DNA from: Burkholderiaceae bacterium
GTDB lineage: Bacteria > Pseudomonadota > Gammaproteobacteria > Burkholderiales > WYBJ01
Reading direction: 5' to 3'
Length of the DNA: 61,145 bases
NCBI GenBank assembly: GCA_011525945.1
Contig: WYBJ01000071.1
Span: forward strand, 1 to 61,145
In this document: one piece after another, positions 45,399 through 55,380 of the stretch
Numbering within the stretch: position 1 is the first letter of the stretch
How the letters are laid out: the number at the start of each line of letters is the position of its first letter
Made by a program: the position numbers and the translations under genes
The notes under the pieces: generated by a model
What the model saw: the letters and a program-made list of their open reading frames with translations, nothing else
Database searches by the model: none
What the model was told of the DNA's origin: nothing

Positions 45399-47501
45399 TC
45401 AATGGGAGCCTGTCGCAGCGCGGTCGACGGTGGCGTGGGGCGTAGCGTCCGATTCGGGACCGCCGGGCCTGCTCATGTCCGCCCGCGCGGAGTCGGCTTC
45501 GTTCGCCGCTGAATCGCCCGCGACTACCGCGATGCGCAGTGCGACCGCGGTGCTTTCCTGCTGCGACCAATGCGCACTTGCACCGGCCAACCGCATCGGG
45601 TTGGATGTCCGTGCGACTAGCAGTGCATCCCCTGGCGCCAGCGATTCGCTGCCGCTCGTTTCCTGCAGTCGGCGCTGGACCATGCTAAGTGCCGCTGCCG
45701 GCAAGTGCGGCGACGCGCCGGACGACGTCCTGAGAACGTCCCGCCACGACGCCGATCCGGTCGCGACGCCGTGCGTGGCGGCGATCAGACGGCGCTCGAC
45801 GCGCGCACCCGCGGCTACCGGACCGACCTCGTAGGCGTAGCCGGCGAATACCAGCCACACGGCTTCGAGCCCGCGCCCGCTGGCATTGTTCAGATCAAGA
45901 CGCGGACCCTTGGCTTCGTCGACGATCGAGGCGTCGAGCCGAAACGCGATTACGTCTTCTCCCTCCAGCGCGTGCAGCACATAGCGGCGCTGATCGAGCG
46001 CCTCGGCGTATGGTCGAGGCCCGTCGCCGAACACCCAGTCCGCGATCTTGCCGTCACGCTGCGCCTGACGGTGCGGTGCGAACACCGGCTCAACGCCGAG
46101 GTACTCCAGGCGCAAGGCACGGCTGCGGCTGGAATACATGCCGAGCTCCAGCGTGAGTCGTGCGTAACCGCTGTGCGGCAACGGCTCGATCACGGCGACC
46201 GCTGCGGCGCTCGCGCCGCGGGGGAATGCGCCCGGACCGAACAGCAGCCAAGCCGCTGACGCGAACAGCGCCGGAGCGGCCCAGCCGCCCGCTGCGGCGA
46301 GCCAGTTTTGTCGCGGCGCGCGCGCAGCTAGCGCACAGGCGGCGAGCAGCAACCCCAGATACAGTACGAGAAACAGGAAGGCCGTGGCCGATGTGGGGTA
46401 GGTCGGGGCAGCGTCACGGATCAGCTCCATGAGCGGCGGCACAGGCCCGGGTTCGGTCGCGCCGAGGGAGGCCATTGCCGCCGGCGGCAGCTGCAAGGTC
46501 TGCAGAAATAGTGCGCGCATGCCTTGCCAGCGATCAAACGGCGGACTCGCTACGTCGAACGTGAGATAGAGCACGCGACCGCGCCCGACGCGGTGCTCGA
46601 CGATGAGCGGTATTTCGCCTGCGCGAAGCCGCACCTGTCCGCGGAAAGCGCCGAGCCGGTTGACCGGGACAGGGCTTGTGACTTCGAGTGAGGCGCCGAG
46701 CGCGTCCTTGAGCGCACCCGCATCGAGGCGGGTTATGCCCTGCGGCACGCCGGGCAGCAGGGCCGCCAGGCGTGCGCTACGCAGCAGCGCGTAATCCACG
46801 CCCCCCGATACCGCCAGAGTACCGCCCTGAGCGAGCCACTTGTGCAGCGCGTCGAACTGCTTCTCGCTCAGCCGGTCGAGCGATAGCCCCTGCAGCACTA
46901 TTGCCGCGACGGCGTCGTAGCCTCGCCAGTGCGCGGGCAGCAGCTCCGGATGCGGGTAGAGCACACGCAGCCCGTCGACCGCGCCGTCGTTGAGGTAATC
47001 GAGATCGGCATCGCGGCCAAGCACCAGCAGCAGACGCTGGGCGCTGAAGCGGCTGCGCAGATCGACCTCAGTGCGTGCCAGCTCCTCGCCACCCGAGCGC
47101 ACGCGAATGACGAGCGGACGCGATAAGCCCTGCGGTTGCACGACGAACTGCAGACGCTTGCGCGCAGCGCGGTCGAGCTCGAGCCTGCGCCGGTGCGTGC
47201 TGACCCGCGGCCGGCCGCGCAGGACGCCGTCCCCGCTGACCTGCACTTCCAGCGCTCCGGCGAGGTCGGCGCCGCGATTGGTCAGCGTGACGCTGAGCGG
47301 AGTCCAATGCCCGGGCCGGAAGGTGTCGGCGAAACCCACGGTCACCGCGATGTCGATCGCACCGGACGCCATCGCCAGAGGCCGCGCACCGGGCAGTGCG
47401 AGGAGCACGATCAGGCTCGCAAGCGGCCCGTATCCCCGCCAGAGGCGACCTGCGTGCTCTCGACCGTAACCGCGGTCGAGGACCGTGTCCCGGCTTGTCA
47501 T
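45399..47501 (-). CDS. large hypothetical protein (first gene of the MoxR/vWA operon)
   Basis: 700-aa track ORF with an N-terminal hydrophobic segment and central TM helices (FLFLVLYLGLLLAACALAA…). No domain recognised. Confidence 0.6.
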   Translation of the reverse strand: MTSRDTVLDRGYGREHAGRLWRGYGPLASLIVLLALPGARPLAMASGAIDIAVTVGFADTFRPGHWTPLSVTLTNRGADLAGALEVQVSGDGVLRGRPRVSTHRRRLELDRAARKRLQFVVQPQGLSRPLVIRVRSGGEELARTEVDLRSRFSAQRLLLVLGRDADLDYLNDGAVDGLRVLYPHPELLPAHWRGYDAVAAIVLQGLSLDRLSEKQFDALHKWLAQGGTLAVSGGVDYALLRSARLAALLPGVPQGITRLDAGALKDALGASLEVTSPVPVNRLGAFRGQVRLRAGEIPLIVEHRVGRGRVLYLTFDVASPPFDRWQGMRALFLQTLQLPPAAMASLGATEPGPVPPLMELIRDAAPTYPTSATAFLFLVLYLGLLLAACALAARAPRQNWLAAAGGWAAPALFASAAWLLFGPGAFPRGASAAAVAVIEPLPHSGYARLTLELGMYSSRSRALRLEYLGVEPVFAPHRQAQRDGKIADWVFGDGPRPYAEALDQRRYVLHALEGEDVIAFRLDASIVDEAKGPRLDLNNASGRGLEAVWLVFAGYAYEVGPVAAGARVERRLIAATHGVATGSASWRDVLRTSSGASPHLPAAALSMVQRRLQETSGSESLAPGDALLVARTSNPMRLAGASAHWSQQESTAVALRIAVVAGDSAANEADSARADMSRPGGPESDATPHATVDRAATGSH

Positions 47502-47766
47502 GGCCTATTGTAGTAGCGGGGGAGTCTCGTCCGTCGGGACACTCGTTTTTGTTGCCGAGCCGTGTTGCCCGCGGTGGCGTGCCGGCTCCTGGTCCACAGT
47601 ATGGCCGATGCCGCCGCTTGCCGGCATGCCGCGGCGCGGCACCGGGCGTCGTTCGCATAGAATGCGCACACGGCGGGCGAGCCGGTACGCACAAGGCGCC
47701 ACGACAGGCACGAGGCGCCACCCGGTGCGTTGCGCGCCTGCGATGTCGACACGAGAGGAACAAAGC

Positions 47767-48432
47767 ATGGCGGAAACCGCAGTCCCATATGCATACGGAT
47801 ACTTGTCGCCGCAGGAAGTCCGCTTCCTGGATGCGGCGGTGGAACGCCTGATACCGACCGACGAGCTCGGTCCGGGCGCGAGGGATGCGGGCGTGAGCTG
47901 CTACATCGACCGCCAGTTGTGCGGCATGTGGGGTACGCATGGCCGCAACTACCGCTCAGGCCCCTGGCGCGAAGGCACGCCCGAACAAGGTTTCCAGTCG
48001 CGCCTGACGCCGCAGGAGATCTATCGCATCGGCATCCAGGAGATCAACCGCTATTGCCGGGGAAAGTACGACAAGTACTTCGAATTCCTGTCGCCCGCGC
48101 AGCAGGACGAAGTGCTGCACGGCTTGGAACAGGGCGCGGTTGATCTGGTGTCGTTGTCCGGCAAGCTCTTTTTCACGCTGCTCTGGCGTAATACCGAGGA
48201 AGGATTCTTCGCCGACCCGATGTACGGCGGCAATCGTGACAAGATCGGCTGGAAGCTGCTCGGATTTCCGGGCGTCGCGTCGGGCGCCTACCGCGAGCAT
48301 CTCGGCAATCCCGAGGTCTATCGCGCCGAGCCGGTCAGCATCCTGGACATCCGTTTGGGACACGCACAAGTCGACGCACAAGGCTTTGCCAAGCACGTAC
48401 GGATCATCGAGCGGGACGGGAGCAAGCAATGA
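47767..48432 (+). CDS. gluconate 2-dehydrogenase subunit 3 (gamma)-like protein
   Basis: Inner ATG of track ORF 47485..48432. Contains LSPQEVRFLDAAVERLIPTDELGPGA and FFADPMYGGNRDKIGWKLLGFPG. ATGA overlap with the GMC gene. Confidence 0.8.
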   Translation: MAETAVPYAYGYLSPQEVRFLDAAVERLIPTDELGPGARDAGVSCYIDRQLCGMWGTHGRNYRSGPWREGTPEQGFQSRLTPQEIYRIGIQEINRYCRGKYDKYFEFLSPAQQDEVLHGLEQGAVDLVSLSGKLFFTLLWRNTEEGFFADPMYGGNRDKIGWKLLGFPGVASGAYREHLGNPEVYRAEPVSILDIRLGHAQVDAQGFAKHVRIIERDGSKQ

Positions 48433-50189
48433 CAGACAAGATGAAGCCAGTCGATGTCGTCGTCGTCGGCAGCGGCGTGGTGGGCTCGATCATGGCGATG
48501 GAGCTTGTCAGCGCCGGGCTCAAGGTGTTGTGCCTGGAGCGCGGCCGCATGATCGATCCGCAACAAGACTTCGTCATGCCCTACGTGCACGACGAGTTGA
48601 AGTACGATCGTCACAGCGACATTTTCCAGAATCTCTCGCGCGAAACGCTCACGTTCCGCAACAACGCGTCGCAGACCGCGCTGCCGATGCGCGAGCTCGG
48701 CTCGTTCAAGCCCGGCGAGATGGTGGGCGGCACGGGCGCCCACTGGGGTTGCAACGCGCGCCGCTTCCTGCCGCACGATTTCGAGCTGCGCAGCCGGGTC
48801 GACGAGCGCTACGGAAAGCGTTTCTTTCCCGAGGATTGCACCAGCCAGGATTGGGGCGTGAGCTTCGACGAGGTCGAGCCTTACTACGACCAGTTCGAGC
48901 ACATCTACGGCGTCGGTGGCAAGGCGGGCAATCTGAACGGCGAGATCCAGCCCGGCGGCAACCCGCACGAAGGTCCGCGCTCGCGCGAGTACCCCAATCC
49001 GCCGACGCGCAGGACGCCGCAGGGTGAGATTTTCGCCCGCGCCGTGACCGAGCTGGGCTACACGCCGTTCCAGGGTCCGGCCGCGGCCATGACCCGGGAC
49101 TACACCAACCTGTACAAGGTGATGCTCGGCGAATGCCAGCGCGGCGGCTTCTGCAGCAGCCACGTCTGTTCGCAGGGCGCGAAGGCAAATCCCCTGACCG
49201 CGGTGCTGCCCGCGCTGTACCGCAAGGACAACTTCGAGTTGCGGCCGCTGTGCAACGTGATCAAGGTCAATACCGATTCGACCGGCAAGAAGGCAACCGG
49301 CGTCACTTACATCGACGCCCGCGGGCGCGAAGTGGAGCAACCGGCCGAACTGGTGGTGTTGGCGACCTATTGCTTCAACAACACGCGCCTGCTGCTGCTC
49401 TCCGGCATCGGCACGCCGTACGATCCGCACAGCGGGCGCGGCGTGGTCGGCCGCAACTACTCGTACCAGACCGGCGGGCGCGTGCACGTGTTCTTCGACG
49501 ATCGCGAGTTCAACCCGTTCATCGGTGGCGGCATGGTGAACACCTCGATCGACGACTTGAACGGCGACGTGATCGACCGTTCCGATCTGGGGTTTGTCGG
49601 CGGCGCCTATGTCGCAGTGCAGGCTTTCGGTTCGACGCCGATCAAGAACAAGCCCGTGCCGGCGGGAACGCCGCGCTGGGGGGCGCAATGGAAGAAGGCG
49701 GTGGCGCATTACTATCGCCGCTCGTTTGCGATCAGCATCCACGGCTCGTGCCAGAGCTATCGCCAGAACTACCTCGATCTCGATCCGACCTACAAGGACG
49801 CCAACGGCTTGCCACTACTTCGTATGACATTCGACTGGCACGAGAACGAGAAGAAGATGCTGGCGTTCATGTACGAGCGGGTCACTGAAATCGCCAGGGC
49901 GATGAAGCCCGCCAAGTACGCCGCGCACCAGATCTACAAGAACTACACCATCGTGCCCTACCAGAGCACGCACAACATGGGCGGTGCCGTGATGGGTGCG
50001 GACCCGGCCACGAGCGTGGTCAACAAGTACCTGCAGTCGTGGGATGTGCCGAATCTGTTCGTGGTAGGCGGAAGCGCTTTTCCGCACAATGCGGCCCAGG
50101 GTCCGACCGAGACCATCGGCATGCTCGCCTGCTGGGCTGCCGACGGCATCAAGGAGAACTACCTCAAGCGGCCCGGGCCGCTGGTGTAG
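48429..50189 (+). CDS. GMC-family FAD oxidoreductase (gluconate 2-dehydrogenase alpha-like)
   Basis: VDVVVVGSGVVGSIMAMEL (GxGxxG). C-terminal HNMGGAVMG…FVVGGSAFP. Confidence 0.88.
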   Translation: MTDKMKPVDVVVVGSGVVGSIMAMELVSAGLKVLCLERGRMIDPQQDFVMPYVHDELKYDRHSDIFQNLSRETLTFRNNASQTALPMRELGSFKPGEMVGGTGAHWGCNARRFLPHDFELRSRVDERYGKRFFPEDCTSQDWGVSFDEVEPYYDQFEHIYGVGGKAGNLNGEIQPGGNPHEGPRSREYPNPPTRRTPQGEIFARAVTELGYTPFQGPAAAMTRDYTNLYKVMLGECQRGGFCSSHVCSQGAKANPLTAVLPALYRKDNFELRPLCNVIKVNTDSTGKKATGVTYIDARGREVEQPAELVVLATYCFNNTRLLLLSGIGTPYDPHSGRGVVGRNYSYQTGGRVHVFFDDREFNPFIGGGMVNTSIDDLNGDVIDRSDLGFVGGAYVAVQAFGSTPIKNKPVPAGTPRWGAQWKKAVAHYYRRSFAISIHGSCQSYRQNYLDLDPTYKDANGLPLLRMTFDWHENEKKMLAFMYERVTEIARAMKPAKYAAHQIYKNYTIVPYQSTHNMGGAVMGADPATSVVNKYLQSWDVPNLFVVGGSAFPHNAAQGPTETIGMLACWAADGIKENYLKRPGPLV

Positions 50190-50239
50190 CAGGTACGAGC
50201 GTGTCGTCGTCGCGCCAGGGTTCGGAACGGGAGAAGAAC

Positions 50240-50638
50240 ATGAGTACGAAGGTCACGGTCAACATGCTGCAGGCCTTCGCCGAGGCTTGGAACCGACACG
50301 ATGCGGAAGCTCTGATGTCGTTCATGTGCGACGACTGCGTGTTTGACGCCTCCGCGGGCGCTGAGGTCTCGGGCACGCGCTACGTAGGCCGTGAAGCGGT
50401 GAAAGCAGGTTATACCGAAGTGTTCGAGCTCTTTCCCGATGCGCACTGGGCCAACGCCCGCCACTTCGTGCAAGGCGATCGCGGCGTTACCGAGTGGACA
50501 TTCACGGCGACTCGCACGGACGGTAGTCGCATCGAAGTCAACGGTTGCGATCTATTTACGTTTCGAGGTGGAAAAATCGCCGTCAAGAACTCCTACCGCA
50601 AGAACCGCTCGCCGCAAGCGGCTTCGAAGTCGCGCTGA
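50240..50638 (+). CDS. SnoaL/NTF2-like (ketosteroid-isomerase-fold) protein
   Basis: Motifs MLQAFAEAWNRHDAEALMSFMCDDCVF and GCDLFTFRGGKIAVKNSY. Confidence 0.75.
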   Translation: MSTKVTVNMLQAFAEAWNRHDAEALMSFMCDDCVFDASAGAEVSGTRYVGREAVKAGYTEVFELFPDAHWANARHFVQGDRGVTEWTFTATRTDGSRIEVNGCDLFTFRGGKIAVKNSYRKNRSPQAASKSR

Positions 50639-50716
50639 CATGGACCCGCACACTCACCATAACCGCTGTCCTGCGCTGCCCAGCGCACACGCTGGCGCCC
50701 GATCCTCGTGGGGTGC

Positions 50717-51541
50717 ATGATGCAAGCGCGCCGAATACGGTCAGCAGGCGAAGACGTGCTTGCTGCCGCGGTCGAACGGGCGCAGCAGTTTTGGCCAGAC
50801 CGCCTGATCGCGGCGTACGCGTTGGGAAGCCTCGCGCACGGCGGGTTCAGTGCGGTGAGCGATGTCGATGTGGCATTCGTGCTCGCTGACCCGTTGCTCG
50901 CCACCGATGCGCAGCACGTCGCTGCGTTGAACGATGCCATCAAGGCGAGCAACGCGCCCTTCGCCGACCGGCTATCGGTGTTCTGGGGCTCGCTGCCCAG
51001 CCTGTCGGGCGTTTCGCCGGGCGGGCGTTTCCCGCCGCTTGATCGGCTCGACCTCAAGAAGTACGGTCGCCTTATCGTCGGCAGGGACGTGCGCGAGAGT
51101 GTGCCATTCCCGGCGAGGAGCGAGCTTGTCGTGGTCGGCGCAGAACTTGCGCTACGGCGCCTAGCCAGCGACGATGTGATTCGCAAACTGAAGAGCCCCG
51201 AGGCGCTGCTGCGCTGCGATCAGAAGACGCTCACGAGGCTGATCCTGTGGCCGGTGCGCTTCTTGTATACGGCACGCACTGGAGATGTCGGCCGAAACGA
51301 TGTGGCGGTGGAGCATTTCGCCGCTGCCGGCAAGGAGCGGGCCGCAACTGAGCTGGTGCGTCTCGCGCTGAAGTGGCGCCATGCTTGTCCGGCTGCCTCC
51401 GACCAGGACGCAGCTGCCGCGATCGCTGCGGGTGCGGCTGCGCTCTATCACGAGTTTCTCGCAGACTACGAACCGCGCCTGCGACAATTCGAAAGACCCG
51501 ACCTCGCCGCATCCTTCCGGGAGTGGCGACAGAGGTTGTGA
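50717..51541 (+). CDS. nucleotidyltransferase-domain protein (AadA/ANT(3'')-like architecture)
   Basis: NTase motif YALGSLAHGGFSAVSDVDVAFVL. The C-terminal helical region (LILWPVRFLYTARTGDVGRNDVAVEHF) is reminiscent of the DUF4111-type tail. Confidence 0.7.
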   Translation: MMQARRIRSAGEDVLAAAVERAQQFWPDRLIAAYALGSLAHGGFSAVSDVDVAFVLADPLLATDAQHVAALNDAIKASNAPFADRLSVFWGSLPSLSGVSPGGRFPPLDRLDLKKYGRLIVGRDVRESVPFPARSELVVVGAELALRRLASDDVIRKLKSPEALLRCDQKTLTRLILWPVRFLYTARTGDVGRNDVAVEHFAAAGKERAATELVRLALKWRHACPAASDQDAAAAIAAGAAALYHEFLADYEPRLRQFERPDLAASFREWRQRL

Positions 51542-51601
51542 ACTGATGGAATTCGCCATTGCCAGCCCGCGCGATACCTGAACCTTCAATGGATTGATCG
51601 C

Positions 51602-52459
51602 ATGGCCGAAGCACCGAAGCCAGCCGTAGTCCCGGCCGATCGCTACCTAACCGTCGGCAGCCTGCGGATTCATTTTCTGGACTGGGCGCAGCCCGCAGCC
51701 GAACCGAAGCCGCCGCTCATTCTGCTGCACGGCATCGGGCGGCTCGCACGTAGCTTCGATCCGATCGCACCGCACTTTGTCGACCGCTATCGCGTGATCG
51801 CGATGGATCTGCGCGGCCACGGCGATTCGGCCTGGCACCCGCAGGCGGCCTACCTGGTCGAGGATTACGCGCAAGATCTCGAAGGCTTGGTTGCGCAACT
51901 CGACTTGCGCGACGTCGTTCTGTGGGGCAATTCCACGGGCGGTCGGGTTGCGCAAGTCTTCGCGGGCACGCATCCCGAGCTCACCCGAGCGGTGATCGTC
52001 GAAGACGTCGGCCCCGAGCGGCCGAAGGAGATCTCGGCCGGGCGCAGCGCGCGCATGGCGCGTGAACAGCAGGGATGGGCGTCGGTCGACGAGCTTGCCG
52101 TCCAGCTCAAGCAGGACTATCCGCGCACCCCAGAAGCCACGCTGCGACTGATCGCCGGCCACAATTGCAAGCTTCGCGCCGACGGGCGCATCGTGCTCAA
52201 GCGCGATCCCGACATCGAGAAAGGTTTTGTACCCACCGAGATCTGGCGTTTCGTGAAGGCGATCCGTGCGCCGATCATCTACATCCTCGGCGGTGCGAGC
52301 ACGATCGTGCCGGTGGCGACGCAGGAGGCGTTGCGGCGCGTGCTGCCGCAAGTCGAGATCGTCAGCATGCCGGGACTCGGGCACTATCCGAACGAGGAGG
52401 ATCGCCAGGGGTTTGCGGCGATCGTCGATCGGTTTCTGCGCGCGCTGCCGCAGCCGTGA
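51602..52459 (+). CDS. alpha/beta-fold hydrolase
   Basis: Motifs LILLHGIGRLARSF, the nucleophile elbow GNSTGG, and GLGHYP. Confidence 0.85.
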   Translation: MAEAPKPAVVPADRYLTVGSLRIHFLDWAQPAAEPKPPLILLHGIGRLARSFDPIAPHFVDRYRVIAMDLRGHGDSAWHPQAAYLVEDYAQDLEGLVAQLDLRDVVLWGNSTGGRVAQVFAGTHPELTRAVIVEDVGPERPKEISAGRSARMAREQQGWASVDELAVQLKQDYPRTPEATLRLIAGHNCKLRADGRIVLKRDPDIEKGFVPTEIWRFVKAIRAPIIYILGGASTIVPVATQEALRRVLPQVEIVSMPGLGHYPNEEDRQGFAAIVDRFLRALPQP

Positions 52460-52617
52460 GCCCGACGGCTTGCCGCGCGGTTACGGCCCCGGCGAGCGTC
52501 CCGAGTCGGAAGTCGTTGCAACAATGATCTTGATGCTCGCCGGCGCCGAAATTGAGTTATCGTGGGGAACGCCGGCGCGAGCTGCGGCGCAACTGGGTTT
52601 TCCCGGAGGAACGGAAA

Positions 52618-53478
52618 TTGAATGATGATCGAATCGAACGCGACAGTTCCCTCGTCGATACGGCATGGTTCGCCGCGCACAAGGACGATCCGGATGTCTG
52701 TCTGATCGAAGTGGCGGGGCTCAGGCCGGACGACGTCGAAGCGTACAAGGCGGGACATGTGCCCGGTGCTCACTCGTGGAAATGGCAGCAGATGCTGTGG
52801 GATACGCATAAACGCGACTTCCCCTCGCCCGAGGATTTTGCGCGGCGCATGGGCAAGGCGGGGATCGGCAACGACACGACGGTTGTTTTCTACGGCGAGG
52901 GCTTGCAGTTCGGCATCTATGCGTGGTGGGTGTTCCGTTATTGCGGGCACGACAAGGTCCGGGTGCTCGACGGCGCTCGCACGCGCTGGGCGGCTGAGGG
53001 GCGTGCGCTGGCGAAAGAAGTCCCTCCGCCACGGCCCGCAGCGCAATATCGCCCGACCGCGCGCGTCGAGCGCATGCGCATTCTGCGTGACGAGGTCCTG
53101 AGCTCGCTCGGCGCGCCGGGCGTACTCATTCTCGATGGACGCTCGCCCGAAGAGTACCGGGGCGAACGCGTCGGTGGGCCAGGGGGCCCCGATGTGGGTG
53201 CGATACGCTACGGCCGTATCCCGGGCGCCCAGCATCTGTACTTCGAAGACATGCTCAACGCCGACAAGACCTTCAAGTCGAAACCCGAGCTGAGTCGGCT
53301 CATGCAATCGCGCGGCGTCTCGAACGCCCGCAACATCATCGTCTACTGTCGCCTCAGCCATCGTGCGACGGTCCTGTATTTCGCGCTCACGCAGCTGCTC
53401 GGCCTGGACAACGTGCGCACGTACGATGGATCGTGGACCGAATGGGGTAACCTGGTCGGCGCCCCCGTCGAGCGCTGA
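52618..53478 (+). CDS. tandem-rhodanese sulfurtransferase
   Basis: Active-site loop YCRLSHRAT, and DGSWTEWG. Start set at TTG 52618, 8 nt after GGAGGA. The track start at 52552 is also possible. Confidence 0.82.
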   Translation: MNDDRIERDSSLVDTAWFAAHKDDPDVCLIEVAGLRPDDVEAYKAGHVPGAHSWKWQQMLWDTHKRDFPSPEDFARRMGKAGIGNDTTVVFYGEGLQFGIYAWWVFRYCGHDKVRVLDGARTRWAAEGRALAKEVPPPRPAAQYRPTARVERMRILRDEVLSSLGAPGVLILDGRSPEEYRGERVGGPGGPDVGAIRYGRIPGAQHLYFEDMLNADKTFKSKPELSRLMQSRGVSNARNIIVYCRLSHRATVLYFALTQLLGLDNVRTYDGSWTEWGNLVGAPVER

Positions 53479-53583
53479 GCATATGCGCCGGCGGCGCTCC
53501 GCGGGATACGCCGACAACGGTGTCATCGCGCATCGCGTTGCAGGGCGCCGTCGCGGCAACGACGTCATCCCCGAGGTAAGCTC

Positions 53584-55311
53584 ATGAACGAGAACGAAGC
53601 GATCTACGACGTGGTCTGGCCGCTGGGAAAATCGCACTGGGACAAGCGCGATCTCAATCCCGGCATCGGCGATCTCAACGGCAGGACGATCGGCGAGGTG
53701 TGGGACCGGGTGTTCCGCGGCGAAGAGATCTTTCCCGCCATCCGCGCCGCGCTCAAGCGCCGATATCCGCGCGTGCGCTTTGTCGAATACGACACGTTTG
53801 GAGATACCCACGGCGTGAATCAGCGCCAGGTTCTCGCCGATCTGCCGGCGCGGCTGCGCGAGCACGGGGTCGATGCCGTCGTATCGGGGGTGGGCGCCTG
53901 AGGCGCCTGCACGCCCGCCGTGCTGCGGGCAGCGGCGGCAATCGAACGGGCGGGATACCCAACCGTGTCGATCGTATCGACCGGCTTCCTCAAGCAGGCC
54001 GAAGTGGTCGCACGCGGTCTGGGTATCGATGATCTGAGAATCGCCCATTACCCGGGCACGCCCATGGTCGACAGCGGCGAGGCGCTGCGACGCAAGGTCG
54101 ACGAGGATCTGGCGCCCCAGATCGTGCAGGCGCTCGTGTCGCGTGTGAGTGAGCGTGCGGGCGAGCGCAGCCCGGAGCCGTCACCCAGGCAGGTCATCCT
54201 GAGCGGTACGCTCGAGGAAGTGAACGAGCATTTCTATGCTGCGGGCTGGACCGACGGGCTTCCCGTAATCCCGCCGACGATCGCCAGGATCGAGCGCTTC
54301 CTGCGCTTTACCGATCTCGCGCCGGACGAGGTGATCGGCATATGTCCGCCGGACAACCGCGAGGCGACCATCTGGAATATTGCCGCCACGGGGGTCATGG
54401 CAGGGTGTAGGCCCGAATACATGCCGCTTCTCGTCGCGGTGGTCGCTGCCGTCGCCGATCCGGAATTCCGCATCCAGGACGCGGGCTCCACCCCCGGTTG
54501 GGAGCCGCTCATCACCGTCAGCGGGCCGATCGCGGCCGCGCTCGATTTCAACAGCGGGCCGAGTGTCATGCGTATCGGCCGGCGAGCGAACAGCACCCTC
54601 GGGCGATTCCTGCGTCTCATCCTGCGCAACATGGCCGGGTTTCGATTCGCGCCGGGGGCTGGGGACAAGGGCAGCATCGCGCAGAACTTCTTCGTGGCGC
54701 TCGCCGAGAACGAAGCGGCGTGTCGTGAAATCGGCTGGCAGCCTTATTCGGTGGACCGCGGTTTCAATGCGGGCGACAACGTGGTGACGGTGCAAAGTGT
54801 CGTGAGCGTGAGCCCGCCCATCTATACCGGCAGCGACGACCCGGTGGAGCATGCGCGCATCCTCGCCGAGGTCGTCGGCCAGAGTTGTGTCTACTGGTCG
54901 CCCGTGGCGATGACCTACTCGCGCTACAACCCGCTCATCGTGCTCGGCCCGAGCATCGCGAGGGTCTTTGCCGATCACGGCTGGTCGAAGGACCGCATCC
55001 GCGACTACTTGTACGACAACAACTGGATCAGTGCGCAAGACGCCGAGCGCTACGCCTACTACATCGGGCTCACGGGCTTCAAGCTCGCGGACCATGTCGC
55101 CAAGGGCCTTCTGCCCAAGGAGTACTGCGCGAGTGACGATCCGAAACGGCTCGTGCGGGTGTTTCCCGATCGTGATGCGATCGGTATCGTTGTCGCCGGT
55201 GATCCCGGCCGCAACCAATCCAAGTGTTATGCCAGCAACCACACGCAAGGCCCCCCCGTCAGCCGCAAGGTCGCGCTGCCCGCCGCCTGGGCGCAGCTCC
55301 TGCCGAGGTGA
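53584..55311 (+). CDS. candidate selenoprotein: UxxC-motif N-terminal domain fused to a domain of unknown function (requires TGA 53899-53901 read as Sec)
   Basis: Track ORFs 53584..53901 and 53920..55311 share one frame and are separated by a single TGA. The junction reads VDAVVSGVGA-U-GACTPAVLRAAAAIERAGYPTVSIV. A SECIS-like hairpin starts 1-12 nt downstream. There is no RBS before the GTG at 53920. A good RBS (GAGGTAAGCTC-ATG) precedes 53584. Confidence 0.6.
53902..53939 (+). promoter_or_regulatory. SECIS-like stem-loop immediately 3-prime of the in-frame TGA
   Basis: Upper stem gcccgc (53913-53918) pairs with gcgggc (53925-53930). The 6-nt loop is cgugcu and contains GU. A lower stem ggcgcc/ggcggc pairs at 5 of 6 positions. 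The loop lies ~20 nt from the UGA. Confidence 0.5.
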
Positions 55312-55380
55312 GCGCATGCGGAATAATGAGCGTGCACGATCGCTTGACCGACTAATTTCTCCAACGAGGGCCACCCTGCC

